Below are positions 1 through 9,533 of a stretch of DNA of 64,000 nt, piece by piece. Under the pieces are notes generated by a model. That model did no database searches. It saw only the letters and a list, made by a program, of their open reading frames with translations, and was not told the DNA's origin. The DNA is from a virus: the IMG/VR virus record IMGVR_UViG_3300025087_000641, positions 32,001 through 96,000 of that record; one strand, 5' to 3'. Position 1 is the first letter of the stretch. Each line of letters begins with the position of its first letter. The position numbers and the translations under genes are program-made.

Positions 1-558
1 GGTTGGGGCGGGAGTCTAAGCCACTTGAACAGTTTTAAGTTTAGTGGTATCCTTGACGCTCTAACCAGAGTGTTCAAACAGCGCAAGAATGTGAAGTTTC
101 TTCTGGCGGGCGATGAGAGGATTATGCCACTGTTGAAACTTCCAAGAGACAGAATAATTTTTCAACAGTATGTGATGTGGAGTGACTGGCCGAAAGTAAT
201 GGCGAAGATGGATATTGTGGTTGCGCCACTGTTCAATCGCTATGACCACAGCCGTTCTGGAATCAAGTTGATGGAATCTGCGGTGATGGGTTTGCCAGTG
301 GTGGCAACTGGGTGTCCGACTTATGAAGATTGGATGAACAAAAATATTGGCCTCTATATAAATGATGGGCCAAAAGAAGAGATGAAAGACAGGTCTGAAT
401 TGTGGGAACAGAAGTTACTCGATGTGATTGACCACTATTCAGAATACCGAGACGAGATGGCAAGCCACATAGATTACGCCATGAGTTGGGACGTGGATGC
501 CAATGTAAAGTATATTGAGAGTGTTTACAAGGAGGTCATAGAGAAAAATGACAGATAA
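1..558 (+). CDS. Glycosyltransferase (GT-B/GT4-like), 5'-truncated by window edge
   Basis: Frame 1 is open from base 1 (GWGGSLSHLNSF). Motifs DIVVAPL...RSGIKLMESAVMGLPVVAT match the GT4 C-terminal domain. Confidence 0.85.
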   Translation, partial: GWGGSLSHLNSFKFSGILDALTRVFKQRKNVKFLLAGDERIMPLLKLPRDRIIFQQYVMWSDWPKVMAKMDIVVAPLFNRYDHSRSGIKLMESAVMGLPVVATGCPTYEDWMNKNIGLYINDGPKEEMKDRSELWEQKLLDVIDHYSEYRDEMASHIDYAMSWDVDANVKYIESVYKEVIEKNDR

Positions 559-793
559 ATGCAGTCATCCTAATAAGCAATACGTTGACAAGTCTGGATG
601 GATTGTTGGACATGGATTATGTTTGGAGTGGGCTTGTCCAAACTGCGGGATACACGGATTCAAAGAGATCGAGCCTCGAAACAAGCGCGACCAAGCCATT
701 TATGATGCCAATGCCAATCTTGCATCTCTAGCATTTGCATCTCTAGCATCGAGCATATCGTTTTTTATGGGGGACGATTATCAAGATGACTGA
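548..793 (+). CDS. Hypothetical protein (CxxC)
   Basis: GGAGG upstream; overlaps both neighbours; CPNCG motif. Confidence 0.6.
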   Translation: MTDKCSHPNKQYVDKSGWIVGHGLCLEWACPNCGIHGFKEIEPRNKRDQAIYDANANLASLAFASLASSISFFMGDDYQDD

Positions 794-1025
794 CGAACCG
801 AAGAAAGAACTTCCCCCCAGTGACCAACCGTGGGGCGAAGACTTCACCACAGTTCAAGAATACATGGCGAATGTGGCGAGGATTGTGTTTGAGTATTACA
901 ATGGTCTGTGCGAGGCTGGATTGGACAAGCCAGAGGCTTTAGCAATGGCACAGTTGTTCCAACTCCAATATTGGGCGATAATTCTGAATATCATCTATCA
1001 CGGAAAGAGTAAGACAAGTGACTGA
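786..1025 (+). CDS. Hypothetical protein
   Basis: Overlaps both flanking ORFs in the operon. Confidence 0.6.
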   Translation: MTDEPKKELPPSDQPWGEDFTTVQEYMANVARIVFEYYNGLCEAGLDKPEALAMAQLFQLQYWAIILNIIYHGKSKTSD

Positions 1026-1464
1026 TTTGACAGGCGAACAGATTGACGCCATGCCTGCTGGACACGAGATGGATGTACTTGTGGCAGAGCATGTGATGGA
1101 GTGGGAACGTCTTGATTCTTGGATGGGAAGTCCTCTTGCTAAAGGATGGGATGGTTTTTGGGATGGTGAGTGGGTGAAATGGATTATAATGCCAGAATCG
1201 GACGATGAGAACAGGGCTAAATTGTGGTCTCCAAGTACAGATATTGTTGCGGCATGGCAGGTGGTGGAGAAACTTGTCGAAAACTGTGATGGAAGAGACT
1301 TCTTTATAGAATGTTGGGGTGATGGTGAATGGTTTGTTGCGTTCCATCCGATTGGATATAGTTCAAGAAAACCACAGGGTGCGTGCGATGGCAAGAAAAC
1401 CCAGAATCCATCCGCACCCTTGGCGATTTGTCGCGCCGCATTGAATTGGGCAATTGATGACTGA
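1018..1464 (+). CDS. Phage ABA-sandwich domain protein
   Basis: Motifs DVLVAEHVMEW, PSTDIVAAWQVVEKL and APLAICRAAL are typical of this family. Confidence 0.8.
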   Translation: MTDLTGEQIDAMPAGHEMDVLVAEHVMEWERLDSWMGSPLAKGWDGFWDGEWVKWIIMPESDDENRAKLWSPSTDIVAAWQVVEKLVENCDGRDFFIECWGDGEWFVAFHPIGYSSRKPQGACDGKKTQNPSAPLAICRAALNWAIDD

Positions 1465-2470
1465 TAATCTAGTATCCATGCAAAACATCTTCTGGCGTGG
1501 TGCTTCTGTCGCCATCACTGGCATTACTGGAAGCCTCGGAACTGCGCTATCCAAAGAACTATTGAAACCAGAGTACAATATTTCTCGTCTTGTTGGGATA
1601 AGTCGAAAGTGGCAAGACCAAGACAGACTCCGCAAGGAATTGGGGGATGACGATAAACTCAGATTATTCATTGGCGACATTCGAGACATTGACAGACTTA
1701 GACTTGCACTAGACGGGGTTGAATATCTTGTCCATGCAGCAGCTATAAAATCAGTTCCCGCCTGCTGGTATAATCCCACAGAGGCCGTAAGCATAAACGG
1801 ACAGGGAACTATCAATGTTCTGCAAGCGTCTAGGGATGCTGGGGTCAAACGGGTAATTGTCATCTCTAGTGATAAGGCAGTAGCACCCGCCAGTGGCAAC
1901 CTCTACGGCGCAACAAAAGCAGTATGCGAGTCTGTGGCGGTATCGTATAACAACTATAGCGCCAGTCGTCAGACTCGGTATGCGGTTTGTCGCTATGGAA
2001 ATTGTGTAGCGTCAAGTGGATCAGTTATCCCATTGTTCCTAAGCCAAAAAGAAAGCGGGAAATTGACCATTACTCATCCAAAGATGACAAGATTCTGGAT
2101 TACGCTAGATGAGGCAACACATTTCATCCTGAAAAGTATGGAGTCAATGCTCGGTGGCGAAATCTTTGTACCCCACCTCCCATCCTCTCGGATAACTACG
2201 TTGGCATCTATGATAGCGCCTGAGGCAGAGATTGAGACAATCGGTATTCGTCCCGGCGAGAAGTTGCACGAGGTTATGCTAACACCAGATGAAGCACCAC
2301 GGACTAAAGATTTGGGATGGGCATACAGAGTCGAGCCACAAGAAAGGACATGGGGAGGCTTGCCGTATATTGGGGGTAGTCCAGTTCCGGCAGATTGGAT
2401 TTACAGCAGTGCAAGTGCTACGCGACTTGGCGAGGATGAGTTGCGCGGGATGTTGTCCGAATTTGTATAA
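1454..2470 (+). CDS. pseB: UDP-GlcNAc 4,6-dehydratase (inverting)
   Basis: ITGITGSLG, IGDIRD, VHAAAIKSVP, SSDKAV, NLYGATK, RYGNCVASSGSVIP, MTRFWIT, GIRPGEKLHE. Confidence 0.92.
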   Translation: MMTDNLVSMQNIFWRGASVAITGITGSLGTALSKELLKPEYNISRLVGISRKWQDQDRLRKELGDDDKLRLFIGDIRDIDRLRLALDGVEYLVHAAAIKSVPACWYNPTEAVSINGQGTINVLQASRDAGVKRVIVISSDKAVAPASGNLYGATKAVCESVAVSYNNYSASRQTRYAVCRYGNCVASSGSVIPLFLSQKESGKLTITHPKMTRFWITLDEATHFILKSMESMLGGEIFVPHLPSSRITTLASMIAPEAEIETIGIRPGEKLHEVMLTPDEAPRTKDLGWAYRVEPQERTWGGLPYIGGSPVPADWIYSSASATRLGEDELRGMLSEFV

Positions 2471-2494
2471 TCCAATGTAAAAGAGAGGATACAA

Positions 2495-3301
2495 ATGGGA
2501 TATACAACGGGTGTTCAATGGACAAATCGGACTCACAATTTCTGGTATGGGTGCAAAAAGGTATCTGCGGGATGTAAGTTCTGTTATGCAGAACGCGATA
2601 TGGAGCGGTATGGACGCAATTTCAATACTGTGACTAGGGCAAAGGGATTTTATACGCCACTAAATTGGAAAGAGCCAGCACTTGTATTTGTGAATTCATG
2701 GTCAGACTTCTTTATTGAGGAAGCCGACGAATGGCGCAGTGATGCTTGGGATGTTATCTGGAAGACCCCGCATTTGACTTATCAGATACTTACCAAGCGT
2801 CCAGAGAATATCAAAGATAGACTCCCCGCCAATTGGGGATGGGGATGGGATAATGTTTGGTTGGGGGTAAGTGCAGAGAATCAGGCAATGGCAGACAAGC
2901 GCATACCAATTCTATTGTCCATTCCGTCAAGTATTCGTTTTGTAAGTGCAGAGCCGTTACTCGGAAAGATTGATCTTGGACTGTGGTGTATGGATTGCGA
3001 TGATTATATGCGTATTCATCGCGCGGAGGGCGAGCATCTAACCGATGCGGGAGATGGATTACACTGGATAATTGCCGGTGGAGAGAGTGGTCATACTCCG
3101 CGCCCATCTGATATTGATTGGTTTCGTTCTATTCGCGACCAATGCCTCTCCGCAAATATTCCGTTCTTCTTCAAACAGGTGGGCGGAAGCAAGAAAGTCA
3201 ATGGCGCATGGGGTGGGGACTTGCTTGACGGCAAAATATGGCACGAGTTTCCACAGACAAGCAAGCAGACAGAATCACAGCCAGAATTGATTAGGAGTTG
3301 A
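2495..3301 (+). CDS. Phage Gp37/Gp68 (DUF5131) family protein
   Basis: GCKKVSAGCKFCYAE, FVNSWSDFF, YQILTKRPE, NVWLGVSAENQ, WIIAGGESG, PFFFKQ. Confidence 0.92.
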   Translation: MGYTTGVQWTNRTHNFWYGCKKVSAGCKFCYAERDMERYGRNFNTVTRAKGFYTPLNWKEPALVFVNSWSDFFIEEADEWRSDAWDVIWKTPHLTYQILTKRPENIKDRLPANWGWGWDNVWLGVSAENQAMADKRIPILLSIPSSIRFVSAEPLLGKIDLGLWCMDCDDYMRIHRAEGEHLTDAGDGLHWIIAGGESGHTPRPSDIDWFRSIRDQCLSANIPFFFKQVGGSKKVNGAWGGDLLDGKIWHEFPQTSKQTESQPELIRS

Positions 3302-3302
3302 C

Positions 3303-3563
3303 ATGGCCTACTTCTTGGCATTACCCAATGGTGACGAATACACGATAGCATCGGGATCGTTTTCTGTGCGCTCAAATGCGGAGAAGTATGCAAAGAGAAT
3401 GGGATGGACTAAATATTTCATCGCCACTTCCGAACAAAAGGCAATGATAGAGAGCGGTCAACTGGTCTCATTCGGAACTGTTATTCCCATTGAGAATGTT
3501 ACCGCGCTAGTTGAGCCGGAAAAAGAATCCAAGAACAAACGCAAGCGCCATGTCTCCCGCTGA
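3303..3563 (+). CDS. Hypothetical protein
   Basis: AGGAG upstream of ATG; operon context. Confidence 0.6.
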   Translation: MAYFLALPNGDEYTIASGSFSVRSNAEKYAKRMGWTKYFIATSEQKAMIESGQLVSFGTVIPIENVTALVEPEKESKNKRKRHVSR

Positions 3564-4050
3564 ATTCTTTCTCAACCTCTCCGCCAATATAGCAGGGGAG
3601 ATAGCCTTTGCCATACTTGCAGTTGTGGCGGGACTCGTTGCGTTTCGCTATCGCAAGGCCGCCTCTGTATATCGTGCGCTAGTATCTCAAATGTGGGTAG
3701 GAAGAAAGACAACCTCACCAGACGGTAGAAGTACAGCACACGAGGCCAATGGTGAAATATATATTACCGAGAAGTCTGGTAGAATAACAAATCTGACTCA
3801 TCATCCAGCACTAGATATTCGCCCAATGTTTTCTCCCGATGGACGATGGTTGGCATTCCAAAGCAATAGGGATGGTGGGGATTGGAATGTCTATGTGGTG
3901 GATATTGCATCCCAGAAAACGGTTCAGATTACAAAAATCAAAGGAACAGAGAGAGCAATTGGATGGGACATGACGGGGCAGTTGTATGTAGACCTCGGGG
4001 GCAGCCTGCTTGTCGTCAAGTCTATTGAGTTGGAGAACAAATTGAAATGA
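3550..4050 (+). CDS. Membrane-anchored protein with TolB/PD40-like repeats
   Basis: N-terminal hydrophobic helix, then SPDGRS and PMFSPDGRWLAFQSNRDGGDWNVYVVD. Start taken at ATG 3550. Confidence 0.75.
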   Translation: MSPAEFFLNLSANIAGEIAFAILAVVAGLVAFRYRKAASVYRALVSQMWVGRKTTSPDGRSTAHEANGEIYITEKSGRITNLTHHPALDIRPMFSPDGRWLAFQSNRDGGDWNVYVVDIASQKTVQITKIKGTERAIGWDMTGQLYVDLGGSLLVVKSIELENKLK

Positions 4051-4511
4051 GCAATATTGTATATGAATGGATTATGGACAGAGACGGAAATGTTGTGGTT
4101 GGGGAACACATCTTGTCACAAGAGGAAGTAGTCGCCATATTCAGTGGTGGAAGTAGTACTAACACGACCTCAAATGGTGGAATGTTGACATGGACTATTC
4201 CCAACGCAAACAATAGTAATCAGTCAACTCCCACAGTCAAGGTTGCCCTCTATCGGCGTAGCACCCATGATGGGAAGGGGAACTACAAGCAATTCACGCC
4301 TACGCAAGAACAACTCTGGAAAGACCTTGCAGTAGTTGCGACGATGACGAGTGCACTGGCATGGAAATCTGTAGATGAGATTTTCAGAGACGCCACGGAC
4401 TATCGGAACAGAATGATAGGTGGCAAAAAGGAATACATCTCTAGGGACTTTGTTGAACAGTCATTAGAAATACTTTGCAATAATGGATTGATCGAGAAAA
4501 ACGATGCCTAA
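4047..4511 (+). CDS. Hypothetical protein
   Basis: ATGA overlap with the upstream gene. Confidence 0.6.
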   Translation: MSNIVYEWIMDRDGNVVVGEHILSQEEVVAIFSGGSSTNTTSNGGMLTWTIPNANNSNQSTPTVKVALYRRSTHDGKGNYKQFTPTQEQLWKDLAVVATMTSALAWKSVDEIFRDATDYRNRMIGGKKEYISRDFVEQSLEILCNNGLIEKNDA

Positions 4512-5214
4512 TTGTGTGGCGGTTATTCCCGTTCGGGGAAACAGCAAGGGTATTCCAAGAAAGAATCTAATTGACTTGGGCGGCAAGCCTCTATTCATGT
4601 GGACAGTTGGGGCGGCAATAGAGTCTGGCGTATTTGACAAGATTGTAGTGAGCACAGAAGATGATGAAATCATAAGTTATTGTGACAACGGGAAAGTGGA
4701 TGTAATTTTTCGCCCGCGCTATCTTTCACAAGATCATGTTCAATTGAGTGAGGTTGTGTTACATGCCTATCGGGTTATGGAGCAAGAGTGGGGATGGAAT
4801 CCAACAACGCTATGCTTGTTACAGGCGACCTCGCCACTAAGGACGGCGGGCCATATCATCAATGCCATGCGACAATATAGGGGGCGAGGGACTCTATTCT
4901 CAGCATACATTGACAAACGGTATCACTGGGCGGTGGAGGATAGAGTCGAACCAATACAGCATAATCCTGCTAGACGACTTGGCAGGCAATGGGAGCCAAG
5001 TCAAATTTATACCGAGAACGGGGCGATTTATTTCTTTCCAGCAAAACGATTTAGCCTAGAATGCACAATTAGACTAGAACCATTTGATGTCTATATTATG
5101 GACGAGGAAGATGGATTTGAAATTGATACCCCTTGGCAACTTGATATAGCAAGGCTTAGACTAGAGAAATATGGTCTGCATTTCCCGGAACTTGCGCCAC
5201 AATTAGGCCCTTGA
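4504..5214 (+). CDS. neuA: CMP-nonulosonate synthetase (NeuA/PseF family cytidylyltransferase)
   Basis: IPVRGNSKGIPRKNL, VVSTEDDEI, LLQATSPLR, ENGAIY, EIDTPWQL. Confidence 0.92.
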   Translation: MPNCVAVIPVRGNSKGIPRKNLIDLGGKPLFMWTVGAAIESGVFDKIVVSTEDDEIISYCDNGKVDVIFRPRYLSQDHVQLSEVVLHAYRVMEQEWGWNPTTLCLLQATSPLRTAGHIINAMRQYRGRGTLFSAYIDKRYHWAVEDRVEPIQHNPARRLGRQWEPSQIYTENGAIYFFPAKRFSLECTIRLEPFDVYIMDEEDGFEIDTPWQLDIARLRLEKYGLHFPELAPQLGP

Positions 5215-5239
5215 CTTTTACATAAAGATATATTATATT
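5211..5239 (+). promoter_or_regulatory. Sigma70-type promoter for tnpB, probably leaderless
   Basis: TTGACT-N17-TATATT; ATG begins 7 nt after the -10 box; no Shine-Dalgarno. Confidence 0.7.
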
Positions 5240-5246
5240 GTAAGGC

Positions 5247-6431
5247 ATGATTATCAATAAATCATTTAAGTTCAGAGTTTATCCAACGAGAGAACAGAAA
5301 AAAGAACTCGTCAGGCAATTTGACGCATCACGTTTTGTATATAATTATTTTCTTCGCCAAAGAATTGATTTCTATGTTGCCCACAGGGGGGAGAAAAAAC
5401 AATCCCTGAATTATAATGATACTTCTGCATTGCTTACTCAACTTAAAAAACAGCCTGAATATAATTGGCTTAGGGATACAAATGCCCAATCTCTTCAACA
5501 GTCCTTACGCAATCTTGATATTGCCTATAATAATTTTTTCAATAAACGGACTGAATTTCCGAGATTCAAAAGTAAAAGGGCAAAGCAATCCTTCCATGTC
5601 CCACAATCTTTTTCGGTAAATGTTGAAAATGAACATTTAATTATCCCCAAAATAACACCACTAAAAATTGTTCTGCACCGCCATATTGAGGGGAAAATGA
5701 AGGGCGTTACCATTTCCCGCTCTCCGTCTGGCAATTATTTTGCCTCTATTCTATGTGAAGTTGAAATTAATCCGAGTCCAAAAAGTCTAGGGCACACTAT
5801 TGGATTAGACTTGGGATTGAAACATTTTGCCATTTCATCGGATGGGGCAAAAATAGATTCTCCAAGATATTTTAGGGTATCCGAGCGTAGGCTTTCACGT
5901 TTTCAGCGTAACCTTTCAAGAAAGAAAAACGGAAGTCGGGGACAAGAAAAGGCAAGATTGAAAGTAGCACGTCAGCACGAAAAGATTGTAAATCAACGCA
6001 TTGACTTCCTTCATAAATTAAGTCGTCGCTTAGTAGACGAGAGCCAAGCTATCTATGTTGAGGACTTAAATGTGAAGGGCATGATAAAGAATCGCGCCCT
6101 TGCAAAATCTATCGGCGATTCTGGGTGGGGAGAATTTGTGCGCTGGTTAGAATACAAGGGCAGATGGAATGGTTGTTATATTGGGAAAATTGATAGATTC
6201 TTTCCATCAAGCAAGCGGTGTCACAAATGCGGCTACATCTACCAGGATTTGCGACTCTCGGAACGTGAATGGACTTGCCCAGAATGCGGGAACACAGTAG
6301 ACCGTGATGAGAACGCTGCCCAGAATATTCTTATTTTTGGGGAAGAACGTAGGGCTGGGATGGCCCGAACGCATACGCGAGGGAAGATTCGTCGCCGAAT
6401 CGCTGATCCTCGAAGTCGCATGATTCTATAA
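5247..6431 (+). CDS. tnpB: RNA-guided endonuclease TnpB (IS200/IS605 family)
   Basis: FKFRVYPT N-terminus; RuvC-I GLDLGLK, RuvC-II VEDLNV, Zn ribbon CHKCG/CPECG, RuvC-III DRDENAA. Catalytic D/E/D residues are intact. Confidence 0.95.
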   Translation: MIINKSFKFRVYPTREQKKELVRQFDASRFVYNYFLRQRIDFYVAHRGEKKQSLNYNDTSALLTQLKKQPEYNWLRDTNAQSLQQSLRNLDIAYNNFFNKRTEFPRFKSKRAKQSFHVPQSFSVNVENEHLIIPKITPLKIVLHRHIEGKMKGVTISRSPSGNYFASILCEVEINPSPKSLGHTIGLDLGLKHFAISSDGAKIDSPRYFRVSERRLSRFQRNLSRKKNGSRGQEKARLKVARQHEKIVNQRIDFLHKLSRRLVDESQAIYVEDLNVKGMIKNRALAKSIGDSGWGEFVRWLEYKGRWNGCYIGKIDRFFPSSKRCHKCGYIYQDLRLSEREWTCPECGNTVDRDENAAQNILIFGEERRAGMARTHTRGKIRRRIADPRSRMIL

Positions 6432-6464
6432 TGCGACAATTCACATTATGCCAGAAGAGGATGG
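6346..6464 (+). ncRNA. Predicted TnpB omegaRNA (scaffold plus guide at about 6445-6464); 5' end approximate
   Basis: GGGCTGGGATGGCCC stem; terminal hairpin GTCGCAT-N9-ATGCGAC then AATTCAC (TTCAC at 6440-6444), resembling an IS200/605 right end. Confidence 0.75.
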
Positions 6465-6561
6465 GCGGGAGATAGACGCTCAATGGGAGCTTGATGTGGC
6501 GAGGTTGAGATTTGAGAAGTACGGGTTACATCATCCAGACACAACGCCCATTTTGGAATAA
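6445..6561 (+). pseudogene. Orphan second copy of the neuA 3' end (38 codons plus stop)
   Basis: Reads IMPEEDGREIDAQWELDVARLRFEKYGLHHPDTTPILE*, 25/38 identical to the NeuA C-terminus. Its stop lies 2 nt before the next ATG. Confidence 0.9.
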
Positions 6562-6563
6562 CA

Positions 6564-7046
6564 ATGCTAACACTTTCGCCAATAACGCTAAAAGAAACGG
6601 AGAGGATTTGGCAACTCAGAAACGATGTTGCCACGAGGCGCGAGTTTGGGATACCTGTAATCTCATATGCTCAGTGCCTAGATTGGGTGGCGACTGTCAC
6701 CGACAGAAAGACTCCCGAATATGTGTTCCTCGTCAGAGATGCCAAGATGGGGAATATCGGTCTTATCATTCTGGAGAAACACGGCGCAGAAATTGAGATT
6801 CATGTTACAATAGACCCTGCCCATCGAGTACGCAGGGGATATGGCAAACAGGCGATAAAACTAGCAACCGACTGGGCATTTATGAATGGCGCAGACAGGG
6901 TAGTTGCCAACATCCGAGAAGAAAATTACAAAGGACTCTTTGCATTTGAGTCCTCTGGGTACAAAGAAGTCAGAAACTATCTTGGGCCGAGGAATATATC
7001 ATACTTTGAATACGAGATAAGAAATGACCAGAAGAAGAAATACTAA
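6564..7046 (+). CDS. GNAT N-acyltransferase (PseH-like)
   Basis: IWQLRND, DPAHRVRRGYGK, IREENYKGLFAFESSGY; pseudaminic acid pathway context. Confidence 0.8.
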   Translation: MLTLSPITLKETERIWQLRNDVATRREFGIPVISYAQCLDWVATVTDRKTPEYVFLVRDAKMGNIGLIILEKHGAEIEIHVTIDPAHRVRRGYGKQAIKLATDWAFMNGADRVVANIREENYKGLFAFESSGYKEVRNYLGPRNISYFEYEIRNDQKKKY

Positions 7047-7851
7047 TATAGACAGACATTGGGATGAAATTACATGGTTATATCTAAATAATTTTGAATC
7101 AACTGTATCATTGGGAGAAAAATTTAGCGTACATGCATCAACTATAGAGAGGCGATTGAAACAGAGTGGTATTCCTGTAAGGCCAGGCGGGAATCTTACT
7201 GAAAATCACACAGCCTTTGATGAAATTAATCCAGATATGTTGTATTGGCTTGGCTATTTGGCTGGAGATGGATGTGTTACACACAATGCAAATGGAATAT
7301 TATCAATCATTTCAATAACAAGCATTGATATTGAACATATTGATAAATTTCTACATTTCCTGTCATCGCATTCCAAAATAACACGGCGCGAAAGCGAAAT
7401 AAATGGCAAGAAATATGTTGTTCATGGGGCAAAAATTACATCTGAAAGAATCGCAAATAGACTTGTTTTTCTTGGGGTAACTCCAAGAAAATCAAGAACC
7501 ATTTCAATATGCCAACAATCCATAGTTTCGACGGTTGATTTTCTGCGTGGTATAATAGATTCTGACGGTTCATTAACTATAACGGCTGATGGATTTACCC
7601 CGACGATAAGCATTTACACCAGTAGCGGGAAATTCTCGGAACAACTCTCTCTTGGTTTCAATGAAATGTTTGGAGAGACATGTGGGATATATTATGACAA
7701 AAGGGGGTCTGGAGCATACCAAGTCGCACTACATGGAAAGAGAATATTGCCCATCTTGCATAGATTATATTCGGGAGACGACATATCATTAAACAGAAAA
7801 AGGGATATTGCATTAGATGTTTTGGAAAGGTTTGGATATGCCCAAATTTGA
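7024..7851 (+). CDS. Free-standing LAGLIDADG homing endonuclease
   Basis: Two motifs, YWLGYLAGDGC and FLRGIIDSDGS; HTH-like N-terminus; AT-rich. Confidence 0.9.
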   Translation: MTRRRNTNIDRHWDEITWLYLNNFESTVSLGEKFSVHASTIERRLKQSGIPVRPGGNLTENHTAFDEINPDMLYWLGYLAGDGCVTHNANGILSIISITSIDIEHIDKFLHFLSSHSKITRRESEINGKKYVVHGAKITSERIANRLVFLGVTPRKSRTISICQQSIVSTVDFLRGIIDSDGSLTITADGFTPTISIYTSSGKFSEQLSLGFNEMFGETCGIYYDKRGSGAYQVALHGKRILPILHRLYSGDDISLNRKRDIALDVLERFGYAQI

Positions 7852-8731
7852 TACTAAACAAGATTCTCGCATTAAATCTGCAAATTATAGGCATGTAGAA
7901 TTAATAGCAGAAATAGGAAGCAACGCAAACGGCGATTTTGAACGTGCGCGGCAATTGGTAGAAACGGCGTGTTCCTGTGGTGCTGATATTATCAAGGTGC
8001 AACTCTTCGCCGCCGATACCCTGTGGCGCAAAGACCACCCTCGCCATGCCGAGACCCTGAAAGTTGAGACTAAGCCGGAATGGATTAAGCCACTGAAAGA
8101 AATCATTGAGAAGCACGGCAAAGAGTTTCTGTGTACTCCGTTCTCTCCATTTGCCATTGATGTTCTTGAAGAGGTGGGTATCAAGAGATACAAGATAGCA
8201 TCTGGAGATGTCACCTACCGCCCATTACTACAGGCGGTAGCATTGACTGGCAAGCCGGTTTTACTCAGCGTTGGGTTTTCAACATTTGCTGAAATCCACA
8301 AGGCGATTGAATGGCTTAGGCCGTCCGGGAGTCGGGAGGATATTACGCTCCTGTGGTGTGTGGGTGACTATCCAACGACTCCTGCTAGGGCTAACTACCC
8401 TGCTGTTCTTGACCTCATCCAAGAGTTTGTGATGCAATACAATTGCCAGATTGGATTGTCTAGTCACCTGAAAGAGTGGTGGTTAGACCTAGTCCCAATG
8501 GCTTACAAAATCAGCGTCATTGAAAAGCACTTTGACCTGTTTGATAGTGCGGGCATTGAACATGGTCATTCACTATCGCCACATGACTTTACGCTATTCT
8601 CACAAGCAGTACGGGATGCGGAAAAGTCGCTGACTCGATATGATTTCCCGTCACCAGATGATGACGAGACGCGGACTTTATGCAGGCGTGACCCGCGAGA
8701 TTGGCTTAGGCCAGAAAGACGCGATAAATGA
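7838..8731 (+). CDS. neuB: Nonulosonate synthase (NeuB/PseI family), no C-terminal SAF domain
   Basis: IAEIGSNANGD, ADIIKVQ, CTPFS, YKIASGD, IEKHF. Start taken at ATG 7838. Confidence 0.88.
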   Translation: MPKFDTKQDSRIKSANYRHVELIAEIGSNANGDFERARQLVETACSCGADIIKVQLFAADTLWRKDHPRHAETLKVETKPEWIKPLKEIIEKHGKEFLCTPFSPFAIDVLEEVGIKRYKIASGDVTYRPLLQAVALTGKPVLLSVGFSTFAEIHKAIEWLRPSGSREDITLLWCVGDYPTTPARANYPAVLDLIQEFVMQYNCQIGLSSHLKEWWLDLVPMAYKISVIEKHFDLFDSAGIEHGHSLSPHDFTLFSQAVRDAEKSLTRYDFPSPDDDETRTLCRRDPRDWLRPERRDK

Positions 8732-8958
8732 CAGATTATCCCGGTTCAACTGGCGGTGGGCGATACTGCGAAACATGCCATACATGGATTCCGTGGGGGA
8801 CATTCCATTTTCACCCGGAGCCGATACAGGTGCAACCACCTCAATTGCCACCCATGCCACAAATTCAATTTTGCGACAGTAGGATAGTTCCACTTCTTGA
8901 GCGCATTATCGTTGCACTTGAGAAAATTGTCTCCATACAAGAAAGTCAACGTGGATGA
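8728..8958 (+). CDS. Hypothetical Pro-rich protein (CxxC)
   Basis: ATGA overlaps at both ends. Confidence 0.6.
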   Translation: MTDYPGSTGGGRYCETCHTWIPWGTFHFHPEPIQVQPPQLPPMPQIQFCDSRIVPLLERIIVALEKIVSIQESQRG

Positions 8959-9533
8959 CATCCCTTTGGTTAATCCGACACGGCAGGACAGCATGGAACG
9001 CTGAAAAAAGAATACAGGGAGACATGAATATACCACTTGACGATATTGGTATAAGTCAGGTGTCTAAACTTGCACAAACACTCCTCGCAGAAAGATTTGA
9101 CGCTATCTACAGTTCACCTCTCCACAGAGCACTCCACACGGCAGGCTCAATTGCATACGGCAGACGACTAGATGTTATTCAGGATGACAGACTGAAAGAA
9201 CGTAGTTATGGACTCTGGACTGGTATGCTAGAGGCGGATGTACGTAAGGAATATCCAGAAACATGGGGTGGCGACTGGCGCATCTGTGGCACTCCGGGTG
9301 GAGAGAGTCAGGCACAACTTGTTATCCGTGCCTCATCGTTCTTAGATGCCATTCTAAATCGGCATCCAGAAGGACATATTGCTGTAGTTAGCCACGAATG
9401 CTTGTTGGGAGCAATGCTCGGCACTATTCTAAAGATGCCCATTGAAATGCATGAGGCCATCAGATTCAAGAATTGCGGGTACGCCAATGTCAAGTTCATA
9501 AATGGAAAGGCAAGGTTGATAACATTACAATGA
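8955..9533 (+). CDS. Histidine phosphatase (phosphoglycerate mutase family)
   Basis: LIRHGRT, YSSPLHRA, PGGES, VVSH. Confidence 0.9.
   Translation: MTSLWLIRHGRTAWNAEKRIQGDMNIPLDDIGISQVSKLAQTLLAERFDAIYSSPLHRALHTAGSIAYGRRLDVIQDDRLKERSYGLWTGMLEADVRKEYPETWGGDWRICGTPGGESQAQLVIRASSFLDAILNRHPEGHIAVVSHECLLGAMLGTILKMPIEMHEAIRFKNCGYANVKFINGKARLITLQ

Larger units (their letters stand above)
5095..6444 (+). mobile_element. TnpB-only cassette (replacement neuA 3' end + promoter + tnpB + omegaRNA scaffold)
   Basis: Bounded by a diverged duplication of the neuA 3' end (5095-5214 vs 6445-6561). Right-end hairpin and TTCAC are present. No tnpA or left-end hairpin was seen. The left boundary is approximate. 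Confidence 0.75.

Noticed and set aside
5095-6561. IStron or group I intron explanation for tnpB next to neuA
   Set aside because: Only 32 bp separate the neuA stop from tnpB, leaving no room for a ribozyme core, and neuA is already complete without splicing.
7024-7851. LAGLIDADG as part of an intein or intron
   Set aside because: Both flanking genes are intact and overlap it directly; no intein splice motifs were seen.
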